A DNA stretch of 64,000 bases from Acidobacteriota bacterium (GTDB lineage: Bacteria > Acidobacteriota > Thermoanaerobaculia > Gp7-AA8). The stretch is from NCBI GenBank assembly GCA_019244185.1, contig JAFATB010000014.1, positions 224,001-288,000 on the forward strand. The letters run 5' to 3'. The translations under genes and the position numbers were made by a program. This document shows positions 18,246-29,096 of the stretch, one piece after another. The notes beneath the pieces are model-generated. The model was not told the DNA's origin and did not search any database. It saw only the letters and a program-made list of their open reading frames with translations. Every line of letters begins with the position of its first letter. Within the stretch, counting starts at the first letter, position 1.

Positions 18246-19711
18246 AGCGGCTCACGTGCGCGCTGCTGCTGTTTGTCGCGATGCCCTTGTTCGCGGCGAC
18301 GGACGCGTGGTGGGACGCGTATCAGCGCGGCACGACGGCCGTGAACGCGCGCAACTATCGCGCGGCCGCGGACGCGCTGCAGCAGGCGCTGGCGAGCAAT
18401 CCGAACGAAGGAATCAACATCCGCACGGGGAATCTCCTCGTCACGTACGTCCCGCATTTCTGGCTCGGCATCGCGAAGTTCAACCTCGGCGATCCGGACG
18501 GCGCGCTGCGCGAGTGGCGCATGTCCGAGGAGCAGGGGGCGATCGCGAAGACGGAGTACTACGCGCGGCTAAAGGACTGGGTCGCGCGCGCACAGACGGA
18601 GAAGCAGCGCATCGCCGACAACGCGGCGTCGGGACCGAAGAAGAGCGCCGGCGATGCGATCAGCCGCGCGGTGCTCGCGCAGGCCGCCGCCGCGGGCGCG
18701 GGCGGCGATCGCACCGACAGCTATGTCGCCGGCTTGCGCAAGCTGCAGGAAGCGAACGCGCAGTTCCGCAAAGCGGGCGCGGACGTCGACGCGTATCGCG
18801 GCGCGGAGCAGATCGCGCAGCAGGCGAGCGCGCTGTTCTCGACGGCCGCGGATCAGGCGAAGAAAGAGAAGGCCGCGCGCGCCGCGGCCGCCGCCGCGAT
18901 TCCGCCGAAGCCGCGCGAGACCGCGATCGTGGTGCCAATGTCGACGCCCGCGACGACCACGACCGCGCCGCCACCCACGCCGTCGCCCGCACCGGTCGTG
19001 ACCGCGAAGCCTGCGCCGGCGCAGGCTCAAGCGCCGAGCCAGACATCGGGCGACATCCAGAGCGAAGCGGAAGTCGAGGCGAACGTCGCCGTGCAGCAGT
19101 ACCGCCGCCACATCGGCGATGCCGTCGCCGCCGCGCGTACGCCGCTGCAACATCGCTTGCTGCAAATCGAGACGCGCGAAGGCGAGACGCTGCGCAGGCA
19201 GCTCGCCGCCGCGACGAACGACGCGGAGTTCCAGCGCATCGCCCGCGCCGCCGCCGCGCGCGAGCAGGCGCTGACGAAGCGGCTCGCGGAGCTGATGCCC
19301 GCGCCACCGCCCGCCCCCGCGGCTGTTGCCGCGACGACGCCGGCCTCGTCGCCCGCCGCCACCCCGGCGCCCGCGTTGACCTCCGCGCCGACGGCGACGC
19401 ACGCCTCCGCGCCCACCGCGACGCCCGAACTGCGCGACGCCTTCCGCGCGTATGCCGCCGGCGACCTCGCGTCGTCAGAAACGCTGCTCACGAACCTCCT
19501 CGCGCAGCACGCGACCGCGGAGGCATACCTGCTGCGCGGCATCGCGCGCTACACGCGAGCGATGCTCTCGCGCACGCCCGATGCGCTTCTCGCGCAGGCG
19601 ACGGCGGACTTTCGCGCCGCGCTCACGCAGAACGCCGCGCTGCGCCTCGACACGAACGCGTTCTCGCCGAAGCTCGTGTCGTTCTTCGACCGCGTGCGGA
19701 CGGGGCGCTGA
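18242..19711 (+). CDS. secreted TPR-like helical protein with Pro/Ala/Thr linkers
   Basis: Signal peptide; TPR-like helices at both ends; ATGA overlap with kinase. Confidence 0.7.
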   Translation: MKRLTCALLLFVAMPLFAATDAWWDAYQRGTTAVNARNYRAAADALQQALASNPNEGINIRTGNLLVTYVPHFWLGIAKFNLGDPDGALREWRMSEEQGAIAKTEYYARLKDWVARAQTEKQRIADNAASGPKKSAGDAISRAVLAQAAAAGAGGDRTDSYVAGLRKLQEANAQFRKAGADVDAYRGAEQIAQQASALFSTAADQAKKEKAARAAAAAAIPPKPRETAIVVPMSTPATTTTAPPPTPSPAPVVTAKPAPAQAQAPSQTSGDIQSEAEVEANVAVQQYRRHIGDAVAAARTPLQHRLLQIETREGETLRRQLAAATNDAEFQRIARAAAAREQALTKRLAELMPAPPPAPAAVAATTPASSPAATPAPALTSAPTATHASAPTATPELRDAFRAYAAGDLASSETLLTNLLAQHATAEAYLLRGIARYTRAMLSRTPDALLAQATADFRAALTQNAALRLDTNAFSPKLVSFFDRVRTGR

Positions 19712-19727
19712 TGCGCTGAGCGCTACG

Positions 19728-20681
19728 ATGACCCGCACCATCGACATCGCGCGCGCCGCGGCGCGGCTCGCGTCGTACGCCTCAGCGACGCCGCTCGTGC
19801 CGTCGCTGCTCCTCTCGCGCGAGCTCGACTGCGAGGTCTTCGTGAAGAACGAGACCGTGTCGCCGATCGCCTCGTTCAAGTGGCGCGGCGCGCTGAACGC
19901 GATTCTCCGCGAGCACGCCGCGCCGCGCGGCGTCGTCACGTCATCGACGGGCAATCATGGGCAAGGCGTGGCGTGGGCGGCGCGTACGGCCGGCATCCCC
20001 GCGCACATCTTTCTCCCGCTCGGTGCGAATCCGACCAAGCGCGCGAAGATCGCGCTCCTCGGCGCGACGATCCACGACATCGGTCACGATCTCGACGCGG
20101 CGAAGGAACTCGCCATCCAGTTCGCGCGCGACGAAGAGCTGCTCTTCGTCGATGACGGCGAGAGCGACGCGGTCATCGAAGGCGCCGGCACGATCGGCCG
20201 TGAGATCGCGCAGACGCTCGACGCCGTCGACGTCGTCTATACCGGCATGGGCAGCGGTTCGCTCGCGAGCGGCGTCGCCATCGCGGTGAAGGAGCGCTTT
20301 CCGCAAGCGCGCATCGTGACCGTGCAGGCGAAAGGCTCGCCGGCGATGGTGGAGAGCTTTCACGCGCGCCGCGCGATCGAGCGTCCGATCGAAACGCGCA
20401 TCGCCGACGGGCTCGTCGCGCGCGTGCCGGCGCGGCTCGCGCTCGAGCTGCTGCTCGCGTACGTCGACGACGCGATCGCCGTCTCCGACGACGAGCTGCT
20501 CGCCGCCACGCGCGCGATGATCCTCTCCGCGCAGCTGCTGGTCGAGCCGTCCGGCGCCGCGGCGCTCGCGGGCGCGCTGCAGCAGCGCGCGTCGTTTCGC
20601 GGCAAACGCGTCGTGCTCATCGCCACGGGAGCAAACCTGACGGCGGAGCTGTTTGCGAGGCTGCATGACGGCACCCGCTGA
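19728..20681 (+). CDS. PLP-dependent threonine/serine dehydratase family
   Basis: SFKWRGA, STGNHGQG, GMGSGSL, VEPSGA, TGAN. Confidence 0.85.
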   Translation: MTRTIDIARAAARLASYASATPLVPSLLLSRELDCEVFVKNETVSPIASFKWRGALNAILREHAAPRGVVTSSTGNHGQGVAWAARTAGIPAHIFLPLGANPTKRAKIALLGATIHDIGHDLDAAKELAIQFARDEELLFVDDGESDAVIEGAGTIGREIAQTLDAVDVVYTGMGSGSLASGVAIAVKERFPQARIVTVQAKGSPAMVESFHARRAIERPIETRIADGLVARVPARLALELLLAYVDDAIAVSDDELLAATRAMILSAQLLVEPSGAAALAGALQQRASFRGKRVVLIATGANLTAELFARLHDGTR

Positions 20682-21213
20682 AGTCCTCCTCCTGGGCGAC
20701 GCGCGCCTGCGCGTGTGTTCCGCCGAAGTCGAGCGCTTCGACGACGCGAACGCCTTCGACACGCTCGCGGCGACGCTCGACGCGTTTCGCAGGACTCACG
20801 GCTTCGGCCGCGCCATCTCCGCGCCGCAGATCGGTATCGCGCAACGCTTCATCGCGACGAACCTCGGCCGCGGCACGTTCTTCATCGTCAATCCGGTGAT
20901 CACGTGGCGCAGCGCGGAGACGTTCACGATGTGGGACGACTGCATGAGTTTTCCCGACCTCCTCGTGCGCGTGGCGCGGCACGAATCGATCTCGCTCGAT
21001 TACGTCGACGAGACCGGCGCGGCGAAGACGTGGAAGGAGCTTGATCGCGCGGTCGCGGAACTGCTGCAGCACGAGATCGATCACCTGGACGGCATCCTGG
21101 CCGTCGACCGTGCGCTGGACCGCGACTCGCTGGTGATGAAGCGCGTGTACGACGCGGAGCGAGAACGGTTCGACGCGATGGTGGATTACACCATCGCGTC
21201 GACGATTGTCTGA
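20665..21213 (+). CDS. peptide deformylase-like protein with atypical motifs
   Basis: GRAISAPQIG, DDCMS (canonical EGCLS), QHEIDHLDG. Confidence 0.8.
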   Translation: MTAPAEVLLLGDARLRVCSAEVERFDDANAFDTLAATLDAFRRTHGFGRAISAPQIGIAQRFIATNLGRGTFFIVNPVITWRSAETFTMWDDCMSFPDLLVRVARHESISLDYVDETGAAKTWKELDRAVAELLQHEIDHLDGILAVDRALDRDSLVMKRVYDAERERFDAMVDYTIASTIV

Positions 21214-21216
21214 GCG

Positions 21217-21663
21217 CTACTTCGTGAGCTCGACGCCGTTCGCGACGAAGGAGACTTCGCGCGCGGTGCCGTCGGCGTTGCGCGTCAGTTTCGCGCCTTC
21301 GCCTTCGAGGTGATCCGCTTCCTCTTTGGTCAACGTCTTGACCGTCGTCACGCCGGCGAGCCGGGCGTGATAGCCGTTGCTCGCGGTCGGGACGAAGAAG
21401 CCGTAGTCCTTGAAGGTCACGCGAACGCCGGTCTTGTCGTTCGCCGGTGCGAGCTGCATCCAGCAGCCCATCTCCTGGCAGGTCGCGGTGATGACGCCCT
21501 CGGTAACGACGGCGTCCTTCGTGTACGCCTCCGGCTTGTCGAGGATCTGCGCGAGTGCGACGACCGGCGCGTCCTTCGCGATGGCGGCGCCGCGCGTGAC
21601 GACCTCGCCGCCGGCAAGCGTGCCGGCGACGAGGAGGGAGAGAGCGATTGCAAGTTGCTTCAT
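21217..21663 (-). CDS. DUF4920-like secreted protein
   Basis: Signal peptide; CQEMGCWM, RVTFKDYGFFVP, FVANGV. Confidence 0.75.
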   Translation of the reverse strand: MKQLAIALSLLVAGTLAGGEVVTRGAAIAKDAPVVALAQILDKPEAYTKDAVVTEGVITATCQEMGCWMQLAPANDKTGVRVTFKDYGFFVPTASNGYHARLAGVTTVKTLTKEEADHLEGEGAKLTRNADGTAREVSFVANGVELTK

Positions 21664-21667
21664 GCGA

Positions 21668-24181
<2,514 letters not shown>

Positions 24182-24310
24182 GATTCCTCCGTGATGTGGA
24201 TGAAGGACCCGACTCGGAGAGGCAGCGAGGGCGCGCCTCTCCCGTGGCTCCGGGTCGTTTGGGCGCGCGGATTGTAGCGGATTGCCGCCGCTACGTCACC
24301 ACGGCCGCGC

Positions 24311-25672
24311 TTACTTCTCCACGAGATCGAGATCCGCGCCGATTTCCAGCGCGAAACGGCCGCGGCCCGTCGACGCGATCTGGATCTCCGGACACTTCTC
24401 GCGCAGGCGGTGGCGCAGCAGGATGAGCCGGCTCTCGAGGTTGTCCTTGAGCTCCGGCAATCCGAGCGTGCGGTCGAGGCGCAGCTCACGGTTCGTGAAC
24501 GCGGTGCGCCCGTCTTTCTTCCACGCGCCGAGGAGCTTCCAGAGGATGCGGCCCGGGACGTTGCGGATGAGGTACTCGCCGTCGAGAAAGACGCAGTCGT
24601 CGTTGCGGTAGTAGGTGAGAGTGCGCCGCACGGTGGCGGGACGCGGGATGGGCGGCGGGGGAGGTGCGGGGCGCGGCTCGGCGCCTTCGGCGGGATCGTC
24701 CTGCAGCGCGCGGTCGATGCCGAGGGCGATCTGATTGCCGATGATGGCGAGGTAGGTCTCGTCCCATTCGCCGAACGCCATCGCGTCGCGGCTCTCCGCG
24801 GCGAGGACGCCGATCAGCCGGTCCTCGATCAGCAGCGGAATCACGAGCGCGCTCTGCGCATCCGGAAGGCCGGGAAGCGGGATCTCCGGACGGACGCTTC
24901 CGCTGCGGTTCATGACCGAGCGCCGCACCGCACGTCCATAACGAAGTCCTGCCTCCAGTCCGGTGATCCGCAGGACGCGCTGTTCGCTGGCGACGGTGCC
25001 GATCAGACCTTCGCCGACGGCCACTTCCGCGCCGACGCCGCCGCCGTAGCCGCGGCAGGCGATGGTCACGAGGCGCTGCACGTCATTGTCGTAGAGCAGC
25101 ACCATCGTGTGATGGAAGCCGAAGTAGACGTCGAGCGCGTCGAGCGCGGCGGCGAGCAGCGTCTCGAGATCGTCCGCACGGTTGATCCGTTCGGAGACGA
25201 GCTGCAGGCCGCGCAACTCGGTCCGCAGGCCGGTGACGGAGACTTCCTCGTGCGCGGGCGCTTCGCCCGGATCGTTGAGAAAGCCCTCGACGCGCGTCGC
25301 GCTCAGGACTTCGAAGACATCGGCCGCGATGAGACGGAACACGCCGTCCATCCCGGTGTGCGACGCGATGGCCTGGATGCGCATGGCCATCGTCTCGAAG
25401 AGCGGCCCGCGCTTCTCGGAGCGCACGAACTTCAGGCGCAGGCGATACGCCTGCATCGTCACGGGGTCGAGCAGCTCGGCGCTGATGAACGGGTTCGCGT
25501 CGAGATTGCGGCGCGTCTTGTTGAAGAACTGGCAGGAGAGCGCGACGTGCTGGTCGTCGATCAGATAGACCTGGCTGACGTACGTGACGTTCGGCATCCC
25601 GTGCGCGTCGCTCGAGGCGATGATGGTCGGGATGACGCCCTGGAAGCAGCGGGAGAACTCGATGAGCCTCAT
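24311..25672 (-). CDS. PNPOx-like FMN-binding + GAF + C-terminal putative winged-helix protein
   Basis: N-terminal 'GMPNVTYVSQV..FFNKTRRN'; GAF 'GEGLIGTVA..SALVIPL..IGVL'; C-terminal helix + 'TGRGRFAL' wing. Confidence 0.75.
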   Translation of the reverse strand: MRLIEFSRCFQGVIPTIIASSDAHGMPNVTYVSQVYLIDDQHVALSCQFFNKTRRNLDANPFISAELLDPVTMQAYRLRLKFVRSEKRGPLFETMAMRIQAIASHTGMDGVFRLIAADVFEVLSATRVEGFLNDPGEAPAHEEVSVTGLRTELRGLQLVSERINRADDLETLLAAALDALDVYFGFHHTMVLLYDNDVQRLVTIACRGYGGGVGAEVAVGEGLIGTVASEQRVLRITGLEAGLRYGRAVRRSVMNRSGSVRPEIPLPGLPDAQSALVIPLLIEDRLIGVLAAESRDAMAFGEWDETYLAIIGNQIALGIDRALQDDPAEGAEPRPAPPPPPIPRPATVRRTLTYYRNDDCVFLDGEYLIRNVPGRILWKLLGAWKKDGRTAFTNRELRLDRTLGLPELKDNLESRLILLRHRLREKCPEIQIASTGRGRFALEIGADLDLVEK

Positions 25673-26127
25673 GCGAGCGGCGCTCCCGCGTTCGGTCCCG
25701 GTGTCTGGTCGTAGACCTCTTCGACCGACATGTCGATGGCGAACGCCGGCCAGTGGTTCATGCTGCGCGTCAAACGGCGCGGCAGGCCGAGCGCCTCGAG
25801 GATGTCCGCGAAGCCGTAGACGTATTCCTTGACGAAAGGCTCGTCGGCCGCGGGCGCGAGACGCACGCCGGTCGTGAGCCCTTTCATCTGGATGGACGTG
25901 TTGTCGCGCGGCAGCGAGAGCGAGACCGCAATGCGCCGCGTCGTGGCGACGTTGGCGACGATCTCCTGTCCGGTCGCCACGGGGACGTACACCGTGAGCG
26001 TCTCGAAGTCGTCTTTCGAGCGGACCGCCGCGCCGCGGCAGCAACTCGGGACGTGTTCCGCGTCCGCTGTTCCGACGATTACCGAGAGTCCGCGTTCCTC
26101 ACACCACCGCACCTGTTCGGGAGTCAT
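25669..26127 (-). CDS. pyridoxamine 5'-phosphate oxidase-like (split-barrel) protein
   Basis: 'IVGTADAEHVP', 'SIQMKG', 'YDQTPGPNAG'; ATGA overlap with the GAF gene. Confidence 0.7.
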   Translation of the reverse strand: MTPEQVRWCEERGLSVIVGTADAEHVPSCCRGAAVRSKDDFETLTVYVPVATGQEIVANVATTRRIAVSLSLPRDNTSIQMKGLTTGVRLAPAADEPFVKEYVYGFADILEALGLPRRLTRSMNHWPAFAIDMSVEEVYDQTPGPNAGAPLA

Positions 26128-26140
26128 GGCCGCGGGGGAT

Positions 26141-26249
26141 TTTAAGGTTTCTTTAGGATTTCGTCTGCCCCGCCGTTTGCGCCGCGCGGAACTTTTCAGA
26201 TCGAGGTAGGCAAGTCTTAGGAAGCGCGCCGCGGCCGCCGCCCTAGATT
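26141..26249 (+). promoter_or_regulatory. 11-bp-phased direct-repeat boxes and -10 of the hemerythrin promoter
   Basis: TTAAG-N6-TTAGG (26142-26157); TTCAG-N6-GTAGG-N6-TTAGG (26195-26221); TAGATT 26244-26249. Confidence 0.55.
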
Positions 26250-26303
26250 GCTCGCGACGACAACAACGTGAACGCGACGATCGCGAAACGGGAGGACGAC
26301 GCC

Positions 26304-26975
26304 ATGCAACGCTACGATCTCTACCGCAACATCCACAAAGGCATCCGCGTGATGCTGTTCGACCTGATCCAGAAAGCCGGCCGTGTCGATTTCCGCGATC
26401 TGCCGGCCGTCGCGCGGCTGCGCGCCGACACGAAAGAAGTCTTCGAGCTGCTCGAAGGTCACGCGCACAAGGAAGACCTCTTCGTGATGCCGCTGGTGCG
26501 GCTGCACGCGCCCGACGTCGCGCGCTCGTTCGACGAACAGCACGAGGATCAGGAAGCGCGCCTGCCGGGGCTGCTCGCCGCGCTGGAGATGCTCGACACG
26601 AGCGCGCCCGATGCGCCGCGTCGCGGCCACGCCTTCGTCGTGCAGCTCTCGCGCATCGCGGGCGAACTGCTCACGCACATGGCCGACGAGGAGACGAAGA
26701 TCAACGCGGTGCTGTGGATCGCGCTGACGGACGACGAGCTCGCCGAAGTCGAGCAGCGCATCGTCGGCAGCATCGCGCCGGAGATGATGGGACGGTTCGC
26801 GCGCTGGATCCTGCCGGCGCTGAACACGCCGGAGCGCGTGGAGTTCTTCGCGAAAGCGCGCGCCACCGCGCCGGCCCCCGCGTTCCAGTTCCTGCGCGGC
26901 CTCGCGAAGCAGGTGCTCAGTCCCGCCGACGATCTCGCGCTCGACGCGGGTCTCGCGGTAATGACCTACGCGTGA
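26304..26975 (+). CDS. hemerythrin (HHE) domain protein
   Basis: IHKGIR, HAHKED, QHEDQE, HMADEE; GGGAGG RBS before ATG 26304. Confidence 0.8.
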   Translation: MQRYDLYRNIHKGIRVMLFDLIQKAGRVDFRDLPAVARLRADTKEVFELLEGHAHKEDLFVMPLVRLHAPDVARSFDEQHEDQEARLPGLLAALEMLDTSAPDAPRRGHAFVVQLSRIAGELLTHMADEETKINAVLWIALTDDELAEVEQRIVGSIAPEMMGRFARWILPALNTPERVEFFAKARATAPAPAFQFLRGLAKQVLSPADDLALDAGLAVMTYA

Positions 26976-26986
26976 AGCGCAAACGG

Positions 26987-27009
26987 GCGGCGGACGCAGC
27001 GTCCGCCGC
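26987..27009. repeat. GC-rich palindrome between convergent genes (REP-like or terminator)
   Basis: GCGGCGGACGC-A-GCGTCCGCCGC. Confidence 0.55.
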
Positions 27010-27027
27010 TCGACGCACGCGCGCGAA

Positions 27028-27504
27028 TCACGCGCCGAGAATCTTGCGGACCATGACCAGCTGGCCGAGGTGATAGGAGTTGTGGTCGGCGGCGAGAATG
27101 AGCTCGCGCAGCACGGTCTGGCCGTCGCCGCCTTCGATGCGTGCGAAGAGATCGAACGACAGATCGTTCGCGATCTCCGCCAGCGCGCGCATGCCGTCGC
27201 GGACTTTTGCGACGCTCTCGTCCCACGCACCTTCCGACGGCGGCTCGGGAGCTGACGGCCAGTAGCCCGACGGCCATTCCGGCGAGACGTGCCGCTTCGC
27301 GTCGCGCGTGAACTCGACGATGTCCCACTGCGCGATGCGGATGTGCTCGAGCAGTTCCCACGCGGAGTGCGGCCCACCATCCGGACGCTTACCGCGCAGT
27401 TCCACGGGGAAGTCTTTCACCGCGTCGTCGAACTTGATGTGCGCCTCGCCCCAGTCGGCGATGCGCGCGAGCAGAGTGCGCAGTGCGCGTTCCTCGTTCG
27501 TCAT
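27028..27504 (-). CDS. DinB family protein
   Basis: HSAWELLEHI and ADHNSYHLGQ His triad. Confidence 0.85.
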   Translation of the reverse strand: MTNEERALRTLLARIADWGEAHIKFDDAVKDFPVELRGKRPDGGPHSAWELLEHIRIAQWDIVEFTRDAKRHVSPEWPSGYWPSAPEPPSEGAWDESVAKVRDGMRALAEIANDLSFDLFARIEGGDGQTVLRELILAADHNSYHLGQLVMVRKILGA

Positions 27505-27530
27505 GATGCCGCTACCTCATCGCAGCCTAG

Positions 27531-27571
27531 ACAATGAAACGGCGGACGCATCGCGTCCGCCGTTTCATTGT
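27531..27571 (-). terminator. 19-bp perfect hairpin downstream of the OmpA pair
   Basis: ACAATGAAACGGCGGACGC-ATC-GCGTCCGCCGTTTCATTGT. Confidence 0.7.
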
Positions 27572-27582
27572 TGTCGCGTGCG

Positions 27583-28251
27583 TTACTGCGCCGGCGGCGC
27601 CTGAATGTGAATCTCGACGCGGCGGTTCAGCTGCCGTCCCTCGGCCGTGTCATTCGTCGCTTTCGGCCGGCTCTCGCCGTAGCCGTAGACGACCACGTTG
27701 CGCGACGGCACGCCCTGATCGATGAGGTAGTCGGCCACGTTCGCGGCGCGCTGCTCGGAGAGGCGCTGGTTGTACTCGTCGGTGCCGACCGAGTCGGTGT
27801 GCCCTTCCACGTTGATCCGGTTGTCCGGATACTGCCGGAAGTTCGACGCGAGATCATTGAGCGTCGTGCGCGACGCCGAACGAAGATCGGCCGAGTTGAA
27901 GTCGAAGAGGATGTCGCTCGTCAGGCGCACGTCGATCTCGCCCTCGGACGGACGCGTCACTTCGACGCCTTCGATCTGACGGAGCTCCTGCTCCTGCTTG
28001 TCCATGCGGTGTCCGACGGCCGCGCCGACCGCGGTGCCGACCGCCGCGCCGACGACCGCGCCCGTGCGGTTGTTGCCGCCCTGGTTGCCGATGACCGCGC
28101 CCGCGATGGCGCCGGCGACCGCGCCGATCGCCGCACCGCGCTTCGTCTTGCGGTTGTTGTTCGGCGACGACGACGTGCTCGTGTCGTTCGTCGTCGCGCA
28201 GGCGACGGCGAAGATCGTGGCGAGAATGAGAACCATACCTTTGCGTAGCAT
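27583..28251 (-). CDS. OmpA-family lipoprotein with glycine zipper (YiaD-like)
   Basis: AVAC lipobox, GAAIGAVAGA zipper, EGHTDS, NQRLSEQRA, NRRVEI; AGGAGG RBS. Confidence 0.9.
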   Translation of the reverse strand: MLRKGMVLILATIFAVACATTNDTSTSSSPNNNRKTKRGAAIGAVAGAIAGAVIGNQGGNNRTGAVVGAAVGTAVGAAVGHRMDKQEQELRQIEGVEVTRPSEGEIDVRLTSDILFDFNSADLRSASRTTLNDLASNFRQYPDNRINVEGHTDSVGTDEYNQRLSEQRAANVADYLIDQGVPSRNVVVYGYGESRPKATNDTAEGRQLNRRVEIHIQAPPAQ

Positions 28252-28331
28252 CTGAAACCTCCTGTGCTGCAAAAAGAGACGCTCGTTGCCGAGCGTCCCG
28301 TTCATTTCACGATCGATACCGACTGGCGGCA

Positions 28332-28979
28332 TCAGCTGTTGGCGCGCACATACAACTCGACGCGACGGTTCGCCTGACGGCCGCTCGCGGTGGAGTTCGA
28401 TTCCTTCGGCTTCGCTTCGCCGTAGCCGACCGCGTCGAGACGCGAGCCGCGCACGCCGACGCCTTCGAGGTAGCTCGCGACCGAATTGGCGCGGCGCTCG
28501 GAGAGGCGCTGGTTGTACGCACTCGAGCCGGTCGAGTCGGTGTGGCCCGCGACGACGATGGTCGTGTCGCCGTACTTGTTGAAGACGTCGGCCATCTCGC
28601 GGAGCTCGCTGCGGGAGCTCGAGCGGAGCGCCGCGGAGTCGTAGTCGAAGAGGATCTCGTTGCGGACCGTGACCTTCAGCTCGTCTTCGTCGGTGCGCTG
28701 GACGTTGATGCCCTCGATCTGCCGGAGCTCGCGCTCCTGCTTGTCCATCATCGCGCCGACGATTGCGCCGGCGGCGGTGCCGGCGAGCACGCCGACGGTG
28801 GCGCCGCGCTTCGCGCTGTGATGGCCGCGGTTGTTGCCGATGATCGCGCCCGCGATCGCACCGGCCACGCCGCCGATTACGGCGCCTTTCTTCGTCTTGT
28901 CGCGCTCGGTGGCGACGTCCGCGAAGGCAGTGGTTCCGGCGAGGAGCGCAATGAGGATGCTGGCGATGAACTGTTTCAT
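28332..28979 (-). CDS. OmpA-family protein with glycine zipper (tandem paralogue, SPI-type signal)
   Basis: AFA-D cleavage site, GHTDS, NQRLSERRA, NRRVEL; GGAGG RBS. Confidence 0.9.
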   Translation of the reverse strand: MKQFIASILIALLAGTTAFADVATERDKTKKGAVIGGVAGAIAGAIIGNNRGHHSAKRGATVGVLAGTAAGAIVGAMMDKQERELRQIEGINVQRTDEDELKVTVRNEILFDYDSAALRSSSRSELREMADVFNKYGDTTIVVAGHTDSTGSSAYNQRLSERRANSVASYLEGVGVRGSRLDAVGYGEAKPKESNSTASGRQANRRVELYVRANS

Positions 28980-29096
28980 GTGTTCCCTCCGTGTCTGCCC
29001 TGGATTGCGACCGAGGTGCCACGGCCGACATAGATCCGTCAAAAAGTATCCGCGGCGTGGCCGAGCCCGCCGCGTCGGGTGCTACCATGCCGCGCC

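Noticed and set aside
18900-19430. Pro/Ala/Thr low-complexity stretches, also in NuoC
   Set aside because: Flexible linkers with no DNA-level tandem periodicity
27583-28979. Tandem OmpA paralogues as a novel system
   Set aside because: Ordinary glycine-zipper OmpA duplication; the visible difference is signal type
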